Shown here: piece by piece, positions 1-10,091 of the stretch
Layout: each line of letters opens with the position of its first letter
Position numbering within the stretch: the stretch's first letter is position 1
Source of the DNA: a virus
DNA length: 64,000 nucleotides
Strand: one strand, 5' to 3'
Virus record (IMG/VR): IMGVR_UViG_3300034062_006900
Coordinates: 12,753-76,752 of that record
The notes under the pieces: model-generated
What the model saw: only the letters and a program-made list of their open reading frames with translations
Told to the model about the DNA's origin: nothing
The model's database searches: none
Translations under genes and position numbers: made by a program

Positions 1-206
1 ATATTCTGAGTTTTTTGGTCATGATTACCAGGGACTAATATTTTATATGTGTATGGTAAACTTTTGAACCATTGTGAAACATCTTGTTCAGTTAATTTTC
101 CTTTCAAATCGAAAACATCTCCACTATGTATAAGGATATCTCCCCCGTTGAATTTTAGTTCTGAGTGTGAGCCATGTGTGTCCGAGATATGTGTTATTTT
201 GACCAT
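1..206 (-). CDS. metallophosphoesterase (partial, runs off the window)
   Basis: Hand translation: MVKITHISDTHG...ILIHSGD...LVPGNHD, with calcineurin-like DxH/GD/GNHD motifs. Confidence 0.85.
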   Translation of the reverse strand, partial: MVKITHISDTHGSHSELKFNGGDILIHSGDVFDLKGKLTEQDVSQWFKSLPYTYKILVPGNHDQKTQN

Positions 207-210
207 TCTG

Positions 211-918
211 TTATTGCTTCCATGAATTTTTTTCATATCCAAATATTTCAAAATACCTCGGCATTCTATAATATATTATGTCGGCAATCTCTTGAGTGTA
301 AAATTTTCTCCAAAGATTTTCGTCCTCGTTTGAAACATTTATTTTTTTGTTAACCTCATTTTTCAATTCTCCACTTTTGAAATAATCACTTTCAACAATG
401 AAAGGTATTTTACTATAATCCTCATATAAATTTTCTAATCTGACAGGATAATCTGGAACCCTCTCAGTAAAGTCCATACAACTATCATGAAATAATTCTG
501 AATTTAGAATTATTCTATAAATGTGTGTCCGAAAATTTTCCTTATTTTTTTCGGTATAAATGAATTCTTGGGGTATTCTATTAAATGTATAATCAGAAAA
601 AAATCTTGTATATGGATTTCTAACGGCAGATACAATTTTAAAGTTTTCGTGTCCAACGAACAAGTTACAACTGTGATTTTTTCCAATCCCATTTTCGATT
701 AAAGTTAAGTTATCATCTTCAACTTTATAGTATTTGAAATCATACTTGCTCATGATTTTAGTCATGTGGGTAGAACCACACTTTTTCCAAAGCCACAGAA
801 TAATTTTATGTTTCTGAGATAAATTGACAACAGTTTTCATACGCTCAATGACCTCTGGGGCTAAAATATTGGCTTTAAAACAATTGTTATTTTCTCTAAT
901 TAGCTTATCTAGTGCCAT
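211..918 (-). CDS. sulfotransferase family 2-like protein (copy B)
   Basis: KKCGST, VRNPYxRFFS and VRLENLYED motifs; paralog of the upstream gene. Confidence 0.7.
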   Translation of the reverse strand: MALDKLIRENNNCFKANILAPEVIERMKTVVNLSQKHKIILWLWKKCGSTHMTKIMSKYDFKYYKVEDDNLTLIENGIGKNHSCNLFVGHENFKIVSAVRNPYTRFFSDYTFNRIPQEFIYTEKNKENFRTHIYRIILNSELFHDSCMDFTERVPDYPVRLENLYEDYSKIPFIVESDYFKSGELKNEVNKKINVSNEDENLWRKFYTQEIADIIYYRMPRYFEIFGYEKNSWKQ

Positions 919-1017
919 TTACCCACTTTTTTTTCATATAATCAATGAATCTCTGAGGTCATCACCATAGTGGGTTGACCTATTTACCATTTCTTTTTTA
1001 TTTTCTATGTTATTCAT
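904..1017 (-). pseudogene. frameshifted copy of the small ORF at 1704-1832
   Basis: QRFIDYMKKKWVNGTR* matches HRYIEYMEKKWGNGDR* but is out of frame with the upstream MNNIENKKEMVNRSTHYGDD. Confidence 0.55.
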
Positions 1018-1714
1018 ATTTCCACGAATTTTTATCATATCCAAATAATTCAAAATATCTTGGCATTCTATAATATATCATATCTGCCACTTCTTGAGTA
1101 TAAAATTTCCTCCAAAGATTTTCATCCTCATTTGAAACATTTACTTTCTTGTTGACATCCTTCTCCAATTCGCCACTTCTGAAATATTCACTTTCAACAA
1201 TGAAAGGTATTTTACTATAATCCTCATATAAATTTTCTAATCTGACGGGATAGTCGGGAACCCTTTGAGAAAAATCTACACACTCGTTTGAAAGAATATC
1301 AGAGTATACCGTTGACTGATAAATTGAGAGTCTAAATTTTTCTTTGTTTGTCTCGTTATAAATAAATTCTTCAGGTGCTCTGTTGAATGTAAAGTCAGAA
1401 AAAAATCTTGAGTATGGATTTCTAACCGCAGCTAAAATTTTATATTTTTCATGACCATGAAACAAATTACAGTAGTGCTTCTGAACTACGTGATTATTAA
1501 GTAAATTTAAACTACTTCCCTCAATTCTGTAATACTTAAAACCATATTTGTTCATGATTTTTGACATGTGAGATGTTCCACATTTTTTCCAAAGCCACAA
1601 AATAACTTTATGTTCTTGGGATAAATTTATTGTAGAATTAAGTTCTTCGAAATCCTTTGGGTCAATTGGTTTATCTACCCAAGAGTCGTTATCTCGAATC
1701 AATTTATCTATCAC
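1010..1714 (-). CDS. sulfotransferase family 2-like protein (copy A)
   Basis: Same motifs as copy B; start moved to GTG 1714 (MIDKLIRDN aligns with MALDKLIREN). Confidence 0.7.
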   Translation of the reverse strand: MIDKLIRDNDSWVDKPIDPKDFEELNSTINLSQEHKVILWLWKKCGTSHMSKIMNKYGFKYYRIEGSSLNLLNNHVVQKHYCNLFHGHEKYKILAAVRNPYSRFFSDFTFNRAPEEFIYNETNKEKFRLSIYQSTVYSDILSNECVDFSQRVPDYPVRLENLYEDYSKIPFIVESEYFRSGELEKDVNKKVNVSNEDENLWRKFYTQEVADMIYYRMPRYFELFGYDKNSWKYE

Positions 1715-1832
1715 CGTTTCCCCATTTTTTTTCCATATACTCAATATATCGATGAGATTTATTACCATTATATAACATCCACACAAAATAGTAATCAATC
1801 CACCAATCAAGTTTTTTGAGAATTTTTTTCAT
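1704..1832 (-). CDS. 42-aa hypothetical protein
   Basis: MKKILKKLDWWIDYYFVWMLYNGNKSHRYIEYMEKKWGNGDR; fills the gap and overlaps the next start. Confidence 0.6.
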   Translation of the reverse strand: MKKILKKLDWWIDYYFVWMLYNGNKSHRYIEYMEKKWGNGDR

Positions 1833-1841
1833 GGTATCTTA

Positions 1842-2057
1842 TTATGAAAAGTATTTTGTTAATGCTTCTATCTTGTCATCAGCGTCAACCAACATCTGAA
1901 GAGCCTCTTCAGCATTTTTGTAGAAGTCTCCTGTTGTGTGGTCTCCAATTCCAACCGCATGATTTGTTAATAATTCTAAAGATAACAACGCTTTAGATTT
2001 TTGTGCTTGTGCCTCTAACAAAAGCATTTCCACCAAATTTTTCTTTACGTTTCCCAT
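1842..2057 (-). CDS. hypothetical protein
   Basis: 71-aa ORF coupled to its neighbour; VGIGDH motif. Confidence 0.75.
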   Translation of the reverse strand: MGNVKKNLVEMLLLEAQAQKSKALLSLELLTNHAVGIGDHTTGDFYKNAEEALQMLVDADDKIEALTKYFS

Positions 2058-2302
2058 TACTTAGATTTTTTTCTTGTTTTTACAAATGGTTCTTCACTTT
2101 GAACACCATCCATTTGTTTTGGATTTGATTTCTTTTCCTGTTTTGGTTCATCGGCAGTTTTAGCAAACTGAGCTTTATATTCCGACTTAGGAATGTATGC
2201 CCACATACTTCCTACCATGTTGTAAGCGGTTTTGTCATCAACTCTTTTGATGTCACCTACTTCCACCCCTTTGGATGGTTTGATTGCTTTAATACACTTC
2301 AT
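2057..2302 (-). CDS. hypothetical protein
   Basis: 81-aa ORF in an operon-like run. Confidence 0.7.
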   Translation of the reverse strand: MKCIKAIKPSKGVEVGDIKRVDDKTAYNMVGSMWAYIPKSEYKAQFAKTADEPKQEKKSNPKQMDGVQSEEPFVKTRKKSK

Positions 2303-2504
2303 TGGTTTTTTCCTCCATGTTTTGATTTATAATTAATAAAATTTGTGACTCATTTTTTCCCTCTTGGTATAGTTCATATATTCTTGACGACACCTCGTCA
2401 TCAAACAATAACATATCACTTTTACCATAATATCCTTTAAGGTCATTGTTCTCCAATGCCTTGATACTATCATCTAAACTAACAAATCTTTTGTTAAAAC
2501 CCAT
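2289..2504 (-). CDS. hypothetical protein
   Basis: 71-aa ORF beginning MGFNKRFVS. Confidence 0.7.
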   Translation of the reverse strand: MGFNKRFVSLDDSIKALENNDLKGYYGKSDMLLFDDEVSSRIYELYQEGKNESQILLIINQNMEEKTNEVY

Positions 2505-2521
2505 ACTAAAATATAAGTAAA

Positions 2522-3301
2522 TTATATTTCAGAGTCAAAATTTTTTATCTTTTCAAAGTTAACAACTTGATAGACATATGCCATTATTTTCCTCTTCGCA
2601 ATTGGAATAAGGGTTGGTTCCATGGGAAATTCTTGAGAGGTTTTCATTTCGAAAACAGGCAATTCTTGATAAAATGATTTACTATTCCAAGAAGAAAAGT
2701 TATCCAAGATTGTTGGAAGTGTCATGTCGACAGGTGAGTCTTCAAAAATTAAGGATAGATAAGTCTTACTATTAATATCATCTCCTTTAATTTTTTTAAT
2801 ATCATATTCCCAAACTAAAATCTTATCTTCACTTTTTCTATAATAAAAAAGATAACCCTTACCATACCCCAAGTTTGATTTGTTTTTTCTTAGACTGATG
2901 GTAACGTTATCGTAGGCTAAGTTCCAAATTGATTTTGCTTGATTGAACGCATCAAACAATTTGTTTCCTGAATATCTTATAGTCTTATCCAACTCTTCTT
3001 CCTCTTGAATTGTAAGTTCTCTCGGTTTCTTTGGATATAATTCTTTTAATAAAATCTCATCATCACAAGATTCAAATTTCTTTTTGGTTAAAAGAAGAGT
3101 ATTTTCTTTAATTAAGGATTGGAGATTTGCTAAGTGTAATGACAATTCAACAAAGTCAGGATAAATTTCAAAATTATCAAACCTTTGTTCACACTTCTGT
3201 AAATAATCAAGCAGAGTATATTTGTTGAACTCAAAATCAAGTGGTTCTTTTAATAACCATTCCGGGTCCAACTTGAATGTCATTTTTTTCTTTCTTGCCA
3301 T
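2522..3301 (-). CDS. hypothetical protein, resembles a Bacteroidota conserved protein
   Basis: W..EPLDFEFNKYTLLDYLQ...IYP and PMEPTLIPIAKR; family recalled, not verified. Confidence 0.6.
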   Translation of the reverse strand: MARKKKMTFKLDPEWLLKEPLDFEFNKYTLLDYLQKCEQRFDNFEIYPDFVELSLHLANLQSLIKENTLLLTKKKFESCDDEILLKELYPKKPRELTIQEEEELDKTIRYSGNKLFDAFNQAKSIWNLAYDNVTISLRKNKSNLGYGKGYLFYYRKSEDKILVWEYDIKKIKGDDINSKTYLSLIFEDSPVDMTLPTILDNFSSWNSKSFYQELPVFEMKTSQEFPMEPTLIPIAKRKIMAYVYQVVNFEKIKNFDSEI

Positions 3302-3328
3302 AAGTGAATTATAACTTGAATTTTGGTG

Positions 3329-5080
3329 TTAATCAATTCTCATAACATAAAATAATGTATCATTAACTCTTATCTCATCAACGTTACCATCGTAACCATT
3401 TACAACCCCATAACCATCAGCATCAATAACTCCTTGAACGAATTCATCTTTATCGATGTAATTCTCCCACTCTAGTCCGAACTCACTCATAAAATATTCA
3501 GGGTCTCTTCTTACATCACTTAATAAGTCTTCAACTTTTTCATCGATTAAATCTTGAGGAAATTCACCCTCGGGATTCGATTCTATTTCTTCAATTTCAT
3601 CTTGTAATTCGGAAATAATATCATTCAACTCATCTATCTTTTCTTCGATATCCTCACTATCTTCATCTCCGAAGTCATCCTCCAATTGGGAGATTAATCT
3701 TTCTGTTTGTGAAATTCTTTCTTTGTTAATCCCAATTTTTTCTTCCTGTTCATTGGATAATTCTCTCTCGCTTTCATCAAAATAAACATCAGGATTATTC
3801 TGAACATCTTCATTATAAACATCTTCAGCATAATCTAACACGGCTTGTTCATCAATATACCCTCTTGCGAAAGATGCACTAAAACCTGCATATCCTACAT
3901 CATCAATCAAGTTTTCAACGTATTCTTCAGCACTTCTTTGCATATCATCAGAATCACCAACAGCATACCTCTGACCATTTAAGCCTGCATTTATAACCTC
4001 GAATTCTGTCATGTTATAATATCGACCACTTGGAATTAAATTATAAACATCTATTTTTTCATCGAACTCCTCTAACTCATCTTCCAAATCACTTATCTCA
4101 TCTAAAAGGTCTGTTCTTACGTCCTCACTGTTATCATATTCTGTCTGTAGCCTTTCAATTTCATCTCTGAGTCTTTGAATTTCAATTCTATCCTGAGTTG
4201 TTAGAGGTTCAATATCATTATTATCCGATAACCATTCGAAAAGAGCGTGTGCTTTCAAAGCAATATCGTCTGGGTCATCACTTAAACTCCATTCTCCATT
4301 CGCTCTTCTTTCATCAGCCTCCTCACTTAGTGCTCTCACTCTTTGTTGTTCTCTCACTCTCGCCAATCTATCTTTTTCTTTTCTGGCAGCATCTTTGTCC
4401 CTGTATACTTTCAATTGTTCAGCAAATTGACTTTCCATGTATTGGTCGATTGCCGACATCAATGTCTTATAGTCCTCATCAGCAAAAATCCATCCTTTGT
4501 TGAAAGAATTGTCTTTTGCATCCCACCAAGATTTATCTCCTTCAAACTTATTTAATAAAGCAACTTTATAATATGGGTCATCTGCTTTAAGTCTCTTGTC
4601 GATAATATAAAATAGTTTACCATCCTCATTGTAACGATTGAATTGATTATTCTCTTCTGCGGCGGTGCACCATTTTGTTCCTTTACCATAATAACAAGAC
4701 GTTTTATGGTTAAGTGGGTTTACAATAAAAAATTTATCATTCTCGAAAACAACATTACCACCCTCAACTTGTCTTACAACTCTTCTTTGTTTGGTTTGAT
4801 AATCCTCTAATGCAGAGATTAATTGGTCGGGTGACTTATATTGATAAAGGTCGGTGATTGGTAAGTTCGAAGAAATTGTGTGGAACTTATTCACCGCGTT
4901 ATATAGTTTTGAGAGTTTCTCGTCAAATTGTATCGCATCAAGATTTTTCCCAATCCAGTTCAAATATTTTGGAAGAAACATTTTAACAATCCTATCAATC
5001 TGCTCCTTACTAAATTTCTTTGAGTAACTGTTTTGGAAATCTTCAACCCTACCCTCATTTAAAATTTTCAAAAAATCCAT
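3329..5080 (-). CDS. WCT-motif protein with acidic coiled-coil C-terminus (putative head protein)
   Basis: SCYYGKGTKWCTA...GKLFYII; leader MDFLKILNE; TATTTAT upstream. Confidence 0.7.
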   Translation of the reverse strand: MDFLKILNEGRVEDFQNSYSKKFSKEQIDRIVKMFLPKYLNWIGKNLDAIQFDEKLSKLYNAVNKFHTISSNLPITDLYQYKSPDQLISALEDYQTKQRRVVRQVEGGNVVFENDKFFIVNPLNHKTSCYYGKGTKWCTAAEENNQFNRYNEDGKLFYIIDKRLKADDPYYKVALLNKFEGDKSWWDAKDNSFNKGWIFADEDYKTLMSAIDQYMESQFAEQLKVYRDKDAARKEKDRLARVREQQRVRALSEEADERRANGEWSLSDDPDDIALKAHALFEWLSDNNDIEPLTTQDRIEIQRLRDEIERLQTEYDNSEDVRTDLLDEISDLEDELEEFDEKIDVYNLIPSGRYYNMTEFEVINAGLNGQRYAVGDSDDMQRSAEEYVENLIDDVGYAGFSASFARGYIDEQAVLDYAEDVYNEDVQNNPDVYFDESERELSNEQEEKIGINKERISQTERLISQLEDDFGDEDSEDIEEKIDELNDIISELQDEIEEIESNPEGEFPQDLIDEKVEDLLSDVRRDPEYFMSEFGLEWENYIDKDEFVQGVIDADGYGVVNGYDGNVDEIRVNDTLFYVMRID

Positions 5081-5167
5081 GCACTTTTATTTGATAAATA
5101 TTCTTTTTAATTTATATTTCCAATAAAGATAATATTTATTCTTATAAACTAATCAAATTATTTCATT

Positions 5168-5350
5168 ATGGGATGCGGATGTAAAAATAAAGGGAATCAA
5201 ACCCCAGCACCAGCCACTCAAACTACGGCTCAACAAACAGAACAGACAAATGTAACTCAAGAATCAGTTAAAAGTTCTATCAAAAAAACAATCGAAAAGT
5301 ATTACAACGTAAATAAAACTTCTTCGACAAACGGATGGATTAAAGGGTAA
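5168..5350 (+). CDS. small MGCGCK protein
   Basis: 60-aa ORF between a TATTTAT motif and a terminator. Confidence 0.7.
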   Translation: MGCGCKNKGNQTPAPATQTTAQQTEQTNVTQESVKSSIKKTIEKYYNVNKTSSTNGWIKG

Positions 5351-5379
5351 TAATTCAATTTAAAACATTTATAGACTAA

Positions 5380-5404
5380 GGGACAAAAATTTGTCCCTTT
5401 TTTT
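5380..5404 (+). terminator. intrinsic terminator
   Basis: GGGACAAA-AA-TTTGTCCC followed by a T run. Confidence 0.75.
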
Positions 5405-5405
5405 G

Positions 5406-5412
5406 TATTTAT
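5406..5412 (+). promoter_or_regulatory. TATTTAT putative late-promoter motif (one of 13 copies)
   Basis: Directly upstream of ATG 5418; the other copies are listed in the findings. Confidence 0.65.
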
Positions 5413-5417
5413 AATCA

Positions 5418-6419
5418 ATGGAGATTGAAGAATTTATAGAGATGTTTAATAACAATGACTTAGATGTTAAAAAATATTTTAACAACTACGCCACTTGGTT
5501 TTCCATTCTCAAAAAAAGAGGTCTTATGGGGGAAATTGACCCCAAAAATGCTTCTGATGGTGAAGAATGGCAAAATGAATATCTTCTTTGGTTATATGAT
5601 AACGATAGGGAAAATTATTACAAATGGATTCCGAGTTTGTTGGACGATGTAATTTTCGAAAACGGTCAGGCATATTTAGAAGTTTCTGATAGAGGTGATT
5701 TAGCCAAGTTATTTTGTGATGGTCATAGATATGACTTATCAAGAGACACAATTGAAAATATTTTATCAGGTGATAGTGATGTATGGGAACATTATTGGGA
5801 CACAACAGATAATGTATACAGAGATGTTATTGAAGAACTAACACCTGATAATGATAAAAGGTTAGGTAAATACATAGTTGACACTTTGAACGGTCAACAA
5901 ATTTCAGCAGAAACGGATGAACTTCAACTTATAGCCACTGAACAGGGTCATCCAGAATACGCAGTAATAACTATGGAAAACGTCAAAAGAATTATCGATA
6001 ATGAGGAAACTATGAAAGAATTACTTGATAACCAATTGAGTGATTTAAAAAATGAATTATATTCCATTCATAATTCTGCATATAATTCTGCATATGAATC
6101 TCAGGTTTGGGATGAGATATGGAGTGAATTAGAAACTTATTTCGAAGGTCATGGTGAATGGGTTACAAGACCCCACCCTTACAAGAAAAACACTGAAATT
6201 CAATATTTCAAAATACCGATAACAAACTTTGAAAAAGATGTAAATGACTACCTATTTAATGCTAAGGGATGGGGTAATTCAGGCACTTTGGAATATCATG
6301 GAAGTTACTTAGAAATTATGCGAGAAGATAGAGATTGTTTAAGTGCTCAAGCACCCGATTACCCTGACAGTCGCAGGGTAGATAAAAACATAAATGAGTT
6401 TTTCAAGGAATATATTTAA
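5418..6419 (+). CDS. acidic hypothetical protein
   Basis: 333-aa ORF after TATTTAT. Confidence 0.8.
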   Translation: MEIEEFIEMFNNNDLDVKKYFNNYATWFSILKKRGLMGEIDPKNASDGEEWQNEYLLWLYDNDRENYYKWIPSLLDDVIFENGQAYLEVSDRGDLAKLFCDGHRYDLSRDTIENILSGDSDVWEHYWDTTDNVYRDVIEELTPDNDKRLGKYIVDTLNGQQISAETDELQLIATEQGHPEYAVITMENVKRIIDNEETMKELLDNQLSDLKNELYSIHNSAYNSAYESQVWDEIWSELETYFEGHGEWVTRPHPYKKNTEIQYFKIPITNFEKDVNDYLFNAKGWGNSGTLEYHGSYLEIMREDRDCLSAQAPDYPDSRRVDKNINEFFKEYI

Positions 6420-7210
6420 TGAACATCGATAATATCATATCTAAAGTTTTGGGAGAGGAGAGAGGTTTTACCCCACCCAAGAATCCTCCAAAGAATATCA
6501 AAAACATATTGAGCCAAGTTCAGTTGTTCGAAGTATACCCAAGCATATTTGCCGTTGTTATTAAAGATGACAGATTAAGAGCCAGAGTTTTTATGCGTTA
6601 CCAAGAATTCTATGAATCAGACTCAGACACATTCAGAGGTAAAGGATTCAAATGGAAAGATTATACAAAGTATTACAAAGAAAAAACTAAGAACAATATA
6701 CTCACTTACCATGAAGATTGGGCTGGTTACAACATCCCTTGTAATTCAATTGAGTCTTGTATCGCATTAATCCCCGACATTAACTATTACGATTTAATTA
6801 TGTTTAGCATCGTTGATACCGTAAGAGCTGTAGTTGGTGATGATGATTATTATTTAATTGGTATCGACCAAAGTAATGGTGAAGACCCATCTTTAATATA
6901 TCATGAGGTTGCTCACGGTCTTTGGTTCTCATCACCTGAATACAAAAGCCAACAGTCCTACAACATCGAAAACATGGACCAAGTCACAAGAAATCAAGTT
7001 GCAAAAAAGATTTCAGGTATGGGTTATGGAGAAAATGTTATAGATGATGAGATTCAAGCATATTTATCTACAGGTATTGGTGATGATATGAAAAGAATCA
7101 AAGGTATCAAAGAAGCTCAAATCCCTTTTAAAGATACTTTTGATGAATACTCAACTCAAATCAAACCTAAACAAATACCAATCGATTGGAGAACTGACTT
7201 AGACAAATGA
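6419..7210 (+). CDS. HExxH zincin-like protein
   Basis: LIYHEVAHGLW...DDEIQAY; leader MNIDNIISKVLGEE. Confidence 0.6.
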   Translation: MNIDNIISKVLGEERGFTPPKNPPKNIKNILSQVQLFEVYPSIFAVVIKDDRLRARVFMRYQEFYESDSDTFRGKGFKWKDYTKYYKEKTKNNILTYHEDWAGYNIPCNSIESCIALIPDINYYDLIMFSIVDTVRAVVGDDDYYLIGIDQSNGEDPSLIYHEVAHGLWFSSPEYKSQQSYNIENMDQVTRNQVAKKISGMGYGENVIDDEIQAYLSTGIGDDMKRIKGIKEAQIPFKDTFDEYSTQIKPKQIPIDWRTDLDK

Positions 7211-8055
7211 TGAAATTTATACCCATATTAGAAACTGTTATTTTAGAACAAAAGAGATTTAAGTTTGACCCCGAGACATATGCAAATATGGTAAGAATCA
7301 CTGAGAAGTTATGGGGATTAAGAAATAAAGAATTGACAAGAAAGACACAAGTTGATGGGTTTAAATTCAAAACTTCTGATGGAACTGACGGTTATGTCAA
7401 AATAATTATTAACCCAAGATTAAAATATATTGGATATATGGATACAAGACCTAAGGATTCTCGTGACCCAATGGATTTTGTAATGGAAGTTCAACCAAAA
7501 GAATATGTTTCGAAGAAGAATTTATTCTTAACGATATACCATGAAATGCTTCACGCTACTGACCCATCACAATCAACAAAACTTAACCAAAAGTATCAGA
7601 CAACATACAACGAAAAAAGTGACAAACAGTATTGGGGCCATCCTATCGAGTTCAGAGCAATTACAAATGAATTCTTGGAAGGTTTGGTTTTAGAATATAA
7701 GAGAAGATTCGGTAGACTTAGAAATCAAGAAAACAGAAAGTTTCTTTCTAAATCCCTTAAGAATATTCTAAACTACTTTGCTAAAGGTGAACCCTTATCT
7801 AAATTATCTCTTGATGTTATTAGCAGAATAAATGATGAAAATGTTTTAGATAATAAAATATCTCAACTTGTTTCTGATATGCCAACAGATTTCCCTGGTG
7901 TCTCTGAATTTATGGGCACAAAGGAGGAACCTTATTACATCACATACATTGAATTAATTAAGAAACATAATCCTGAAATATGGAAAAGATTCTTAACCAT
8001 GTTATACAATACATCTTATGAGATTGAAGATATTCTAAAAGAAAAAGGGGTTTAA
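7207..8055 (+). CDS. HExxH zincin-like protein
   Basis: [11 protein letters not shown]...[10 protein letters not shown]; leader ILETVILEQ. Confidence 0.6.
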   Translation: MMKFIPILETVILEQKRFKFDPETYANMVRITEKLWGLRNKELTRKTQVDGFKFKTSDGTDGYVKIIINPRLKYIGYMDTRPKDSRDPMDFVMEVQPKEYVSKKNLFLTIYHEMLHATDPSQSTKLNQKYQTTYNEKSDKQYWGHPIEFRAITNEFLEGLVLEYKRRFGRLRNQENRKFLSKSLKNILNYFAKGEPLSKLSLDVISRINDENVLDNKISQLVSDMPTDFPGVSEFMGTKEEPYYITYIELIKKHNPEIWKRFLTMLYNTSYEIEDILKEKGV

Positions 8056-8068
8056 ATTAACCCCTTTT
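8043..8068. terminator. bidirectional terminator between convergent genes
   Basis: AAAAGGGGTT-TAAATT-AACCCCTTTT. Confidence 0.7.
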
Positions 8069-10091
8069 CTTTTGCTATAATTTCTAATGTTTCTAATTTA
8101 GACTCGCTATCATCAAGAATAGCTGATTGTTCTTTAATTGCTTCTAAACATAACGCAATCATATCATAATACTTTATCTGATAATATGAATTTTCACTAT
8201 CTGATTTGAAGACTAATTCAGGAACTACGTGTTGAACTTCTTGTGCAATAAAACCTATTTCACGTTCAGTCTCTCTATTTTCTGCTTGATAATCAAAATT
8301 CTTCCAATCGTAGTATACACCTCTAAGTTTGAGAACTTTATCTAATGCTCCTTCGATGGTTTTAATTTCTTTCTTAAATCTTTTATCTGACGGTCCTGGT
8401 GCACCTGTTGCTCCTTGAGCACCTTGTGGTCCTCCTGGTCCTGGTCCTCCTGCAGGTCCTTGTCCTCCTGGAACTCCCTGGAAACCTGTTGGTCCTCCAG
8501 CTCCTCCCGGTCCTATAAATCCTGTAGGTCCAGTTGCACCTTGAGCCCCTTGTGGACCACCACCTCCACCAGGTCCCCCAGCACCTTGAGCACCTGTTGC
8601 TCCACCACCTCCTTGAGCTCCTTGGAATCCTACAGGGCCTTGAGGACCTTGGGCTCCTTGTGGACCTTGTCCTCCTTGAGAACCTTGCGAACCTTGTGGC
8701 CCAACAGAGCCTTGTCCTCCTTGCGGACCACGTCCACCTTGTGAACCTTGTGGTCCTACGGCACCTTGTGAACCTTGTGGACCTGTCGGTCCTTGAGCTC
8801 CTTGAGCACCCTGTCCACCAGCAGGACCTTGTCCACCTTGAGGACCTCGTCCTCCTTGTGAACCTTGTGGTCCTACGGCACCTTGTGAACCTTGTGGACC
8901 TGTCGGTCCTTGAGCTCCTTGAGCACCCTGTCCACCAGCAGGACCTTGTCCTCCTTGGGGACCTCGTCCTCCTTGCGAACCTTGTGGTCCAACAGCACCT
9001 TGAGCACCTTGAGGACCCGTTGGTCCTTGAGAACCTTGGGCTCCTTGACCTCCTCCAGGTCCTTGAGCTCCTTGCGAACCTTGACCTCCTTGAGAACCTT
9101 GTGGTCCTACAGGACCTTGAGCTCCTTGTGGACCTTGTCCCCCTTGAGAACCTTGGGCTCCTTGACCTCCTGTTGGTCCCTGAGCACCTTGCGAACCTTG
9201 ACCTCCTTGAGCACCTTGAGCTCCAACAGCTCCTTGGGCACCTTGCCCACCTTGTGAACCTTGACCTCCTTGAGCACCTTGTCCACCTGCAGCCCCACCA
9301 GCACCTTGAGCACCTTGACCACCTTGTGAACCTTGTGGTCCTACTGGTCCTTGGGCTCCTTGTGGTCCTTGACCACCTTGAGCACCTTGAGCACCTTGAC
9401 CTCCCGCGGTTCCTTGAGCACCTTGTGAACCTTGACCTCCTTGAGCTCCTTGAGGTCCAGTATCACCTTGTGAACCCTGTAATCCTTGACCTCCTTGAGC
9501 ACCTTGTGCTCCTTGACCTCCTGTCGGACCTTGGAACCCTTGAGCACCCTGTGCACCAGCGGCTCCCTGAGCACCCTGACCACCTGTTGTTCCCTGAGCA
9601 CCTTGACTTCCTTGTGCACCGGCAGTTCCTTGAGCACCTGTTCCTCCTGAGTTTCCTTGAGCACCTTGGAAACCTTGAGCACCTGCTAGTCCTTGAGCTC
9701 CTTGAGCACCTGTGGGACCTTGGAAACCTTGAGCTCCTGTTGCACCTTCAGTTCCTTGTGCACCTTGTCCTCCAACAACTCCTTGCGACCCAGTAAAACC
9801 TGAAGCACCTTGAAAACCTTGAGGACCTTTCGGTTGTTGGTTTCCACGCCATCCTGTAGAGTTTATGATAGGGTTAACCGCAAAATTTGTGATACTAGCA
9901 AATCTGAGGTCAGCACTAGTAATCCTAAAGTTTGGATAAGAATTATCAATGTTCAGATTCCATGATTTTGCACCTTCGAAAAATCTTAAGGTTCCAGATT
10001 GTATTCTCCACCCAATAATTGTATCATCAAAACTTTGAAAGTTTATTATAGGGACAACGGGAATTATATTAATATTTTCATTTCCGGGCAT
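8052..10091 (-). CDS. collagen-like fibre chain 1 with C-terminal peptidase S74 chaperone
   Basis: 160 uninterrupted Gly-X-Y triplets (aa 89-568), then [10 protein letters not shown]...IGFIAQEV. Confidence 0.9.
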   Translation of the reverse strand: MPGNENINIIPVVPIINFQSFDDTIIGWRIQSGTLRFFEGAKSWNLNIDNSYPNFRITSADLRFASITNFAVNPIINSTGWRGNQQPKGPQGFQGASGFTGSQGVVGGQGAQGTEGATGAQGFQGPTGAQGAQGLAGAQGFQGAQGNSGGTGAQGTAGAQGSQGAQGTTGGQGAQGAAGAQGAQGFQGPTGGQGAQGAQGGQGLQGSQGDTGPQGAQGGQGSQGAQGTAGGQGAQGAQGGQGPQGAQGPVGPQGSQGGQGAQGAGGAAGGQGAQGGQGSQGGQGAQGAVGAQGAQGGQGSQGAQGPTGGQGAQGSQGGQGPQGAQGPVGPQGSQGGQGSQGAQGPGGGQGAQGSQGPTGPQGAQGAVGPQGSQGGRGPQGGQGPAGGQGAQGAQGPTGPQGSQGAVGPQGSQGGRGPQGGQGPAGGQGAQGAQGPTGPQGSQGAVGPQGSQGGRGPQGGQGSVGPQGSQGSQGGQGPQGAQGPQGPVGFQGAQGGGGATGAQGAGGPGGGGGPQGAQGATGPTGFIGPGGAGGPTGFQGVPGGQGPAGGPGPGGPQGAQGATGAPGPSDKRFKKEIKTIEGALDKVLKLRGVYYDWKNFDYQAENRETEREIGFIAQEVQHVVPELVFKSDSENSYYQIKYYDMIALCLEAIKEQSAILDDSESKLETLEIIAKEKGLI
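8709..8990 (-). repeat. 117-bp (13-triplet) tandem repeat in chain 1
   Basis: Sequence at 8761 recurs at 8878; boundaries approximate. Confidence 0.8.

Noticed and set aside
1715-1810. Hydrophobic N-terminal extension on sulfotransferase copy A
   Set aside because: Out-of-frame overlap with the 42-aa ORF; the paralog alignment places the start at GTG 1714
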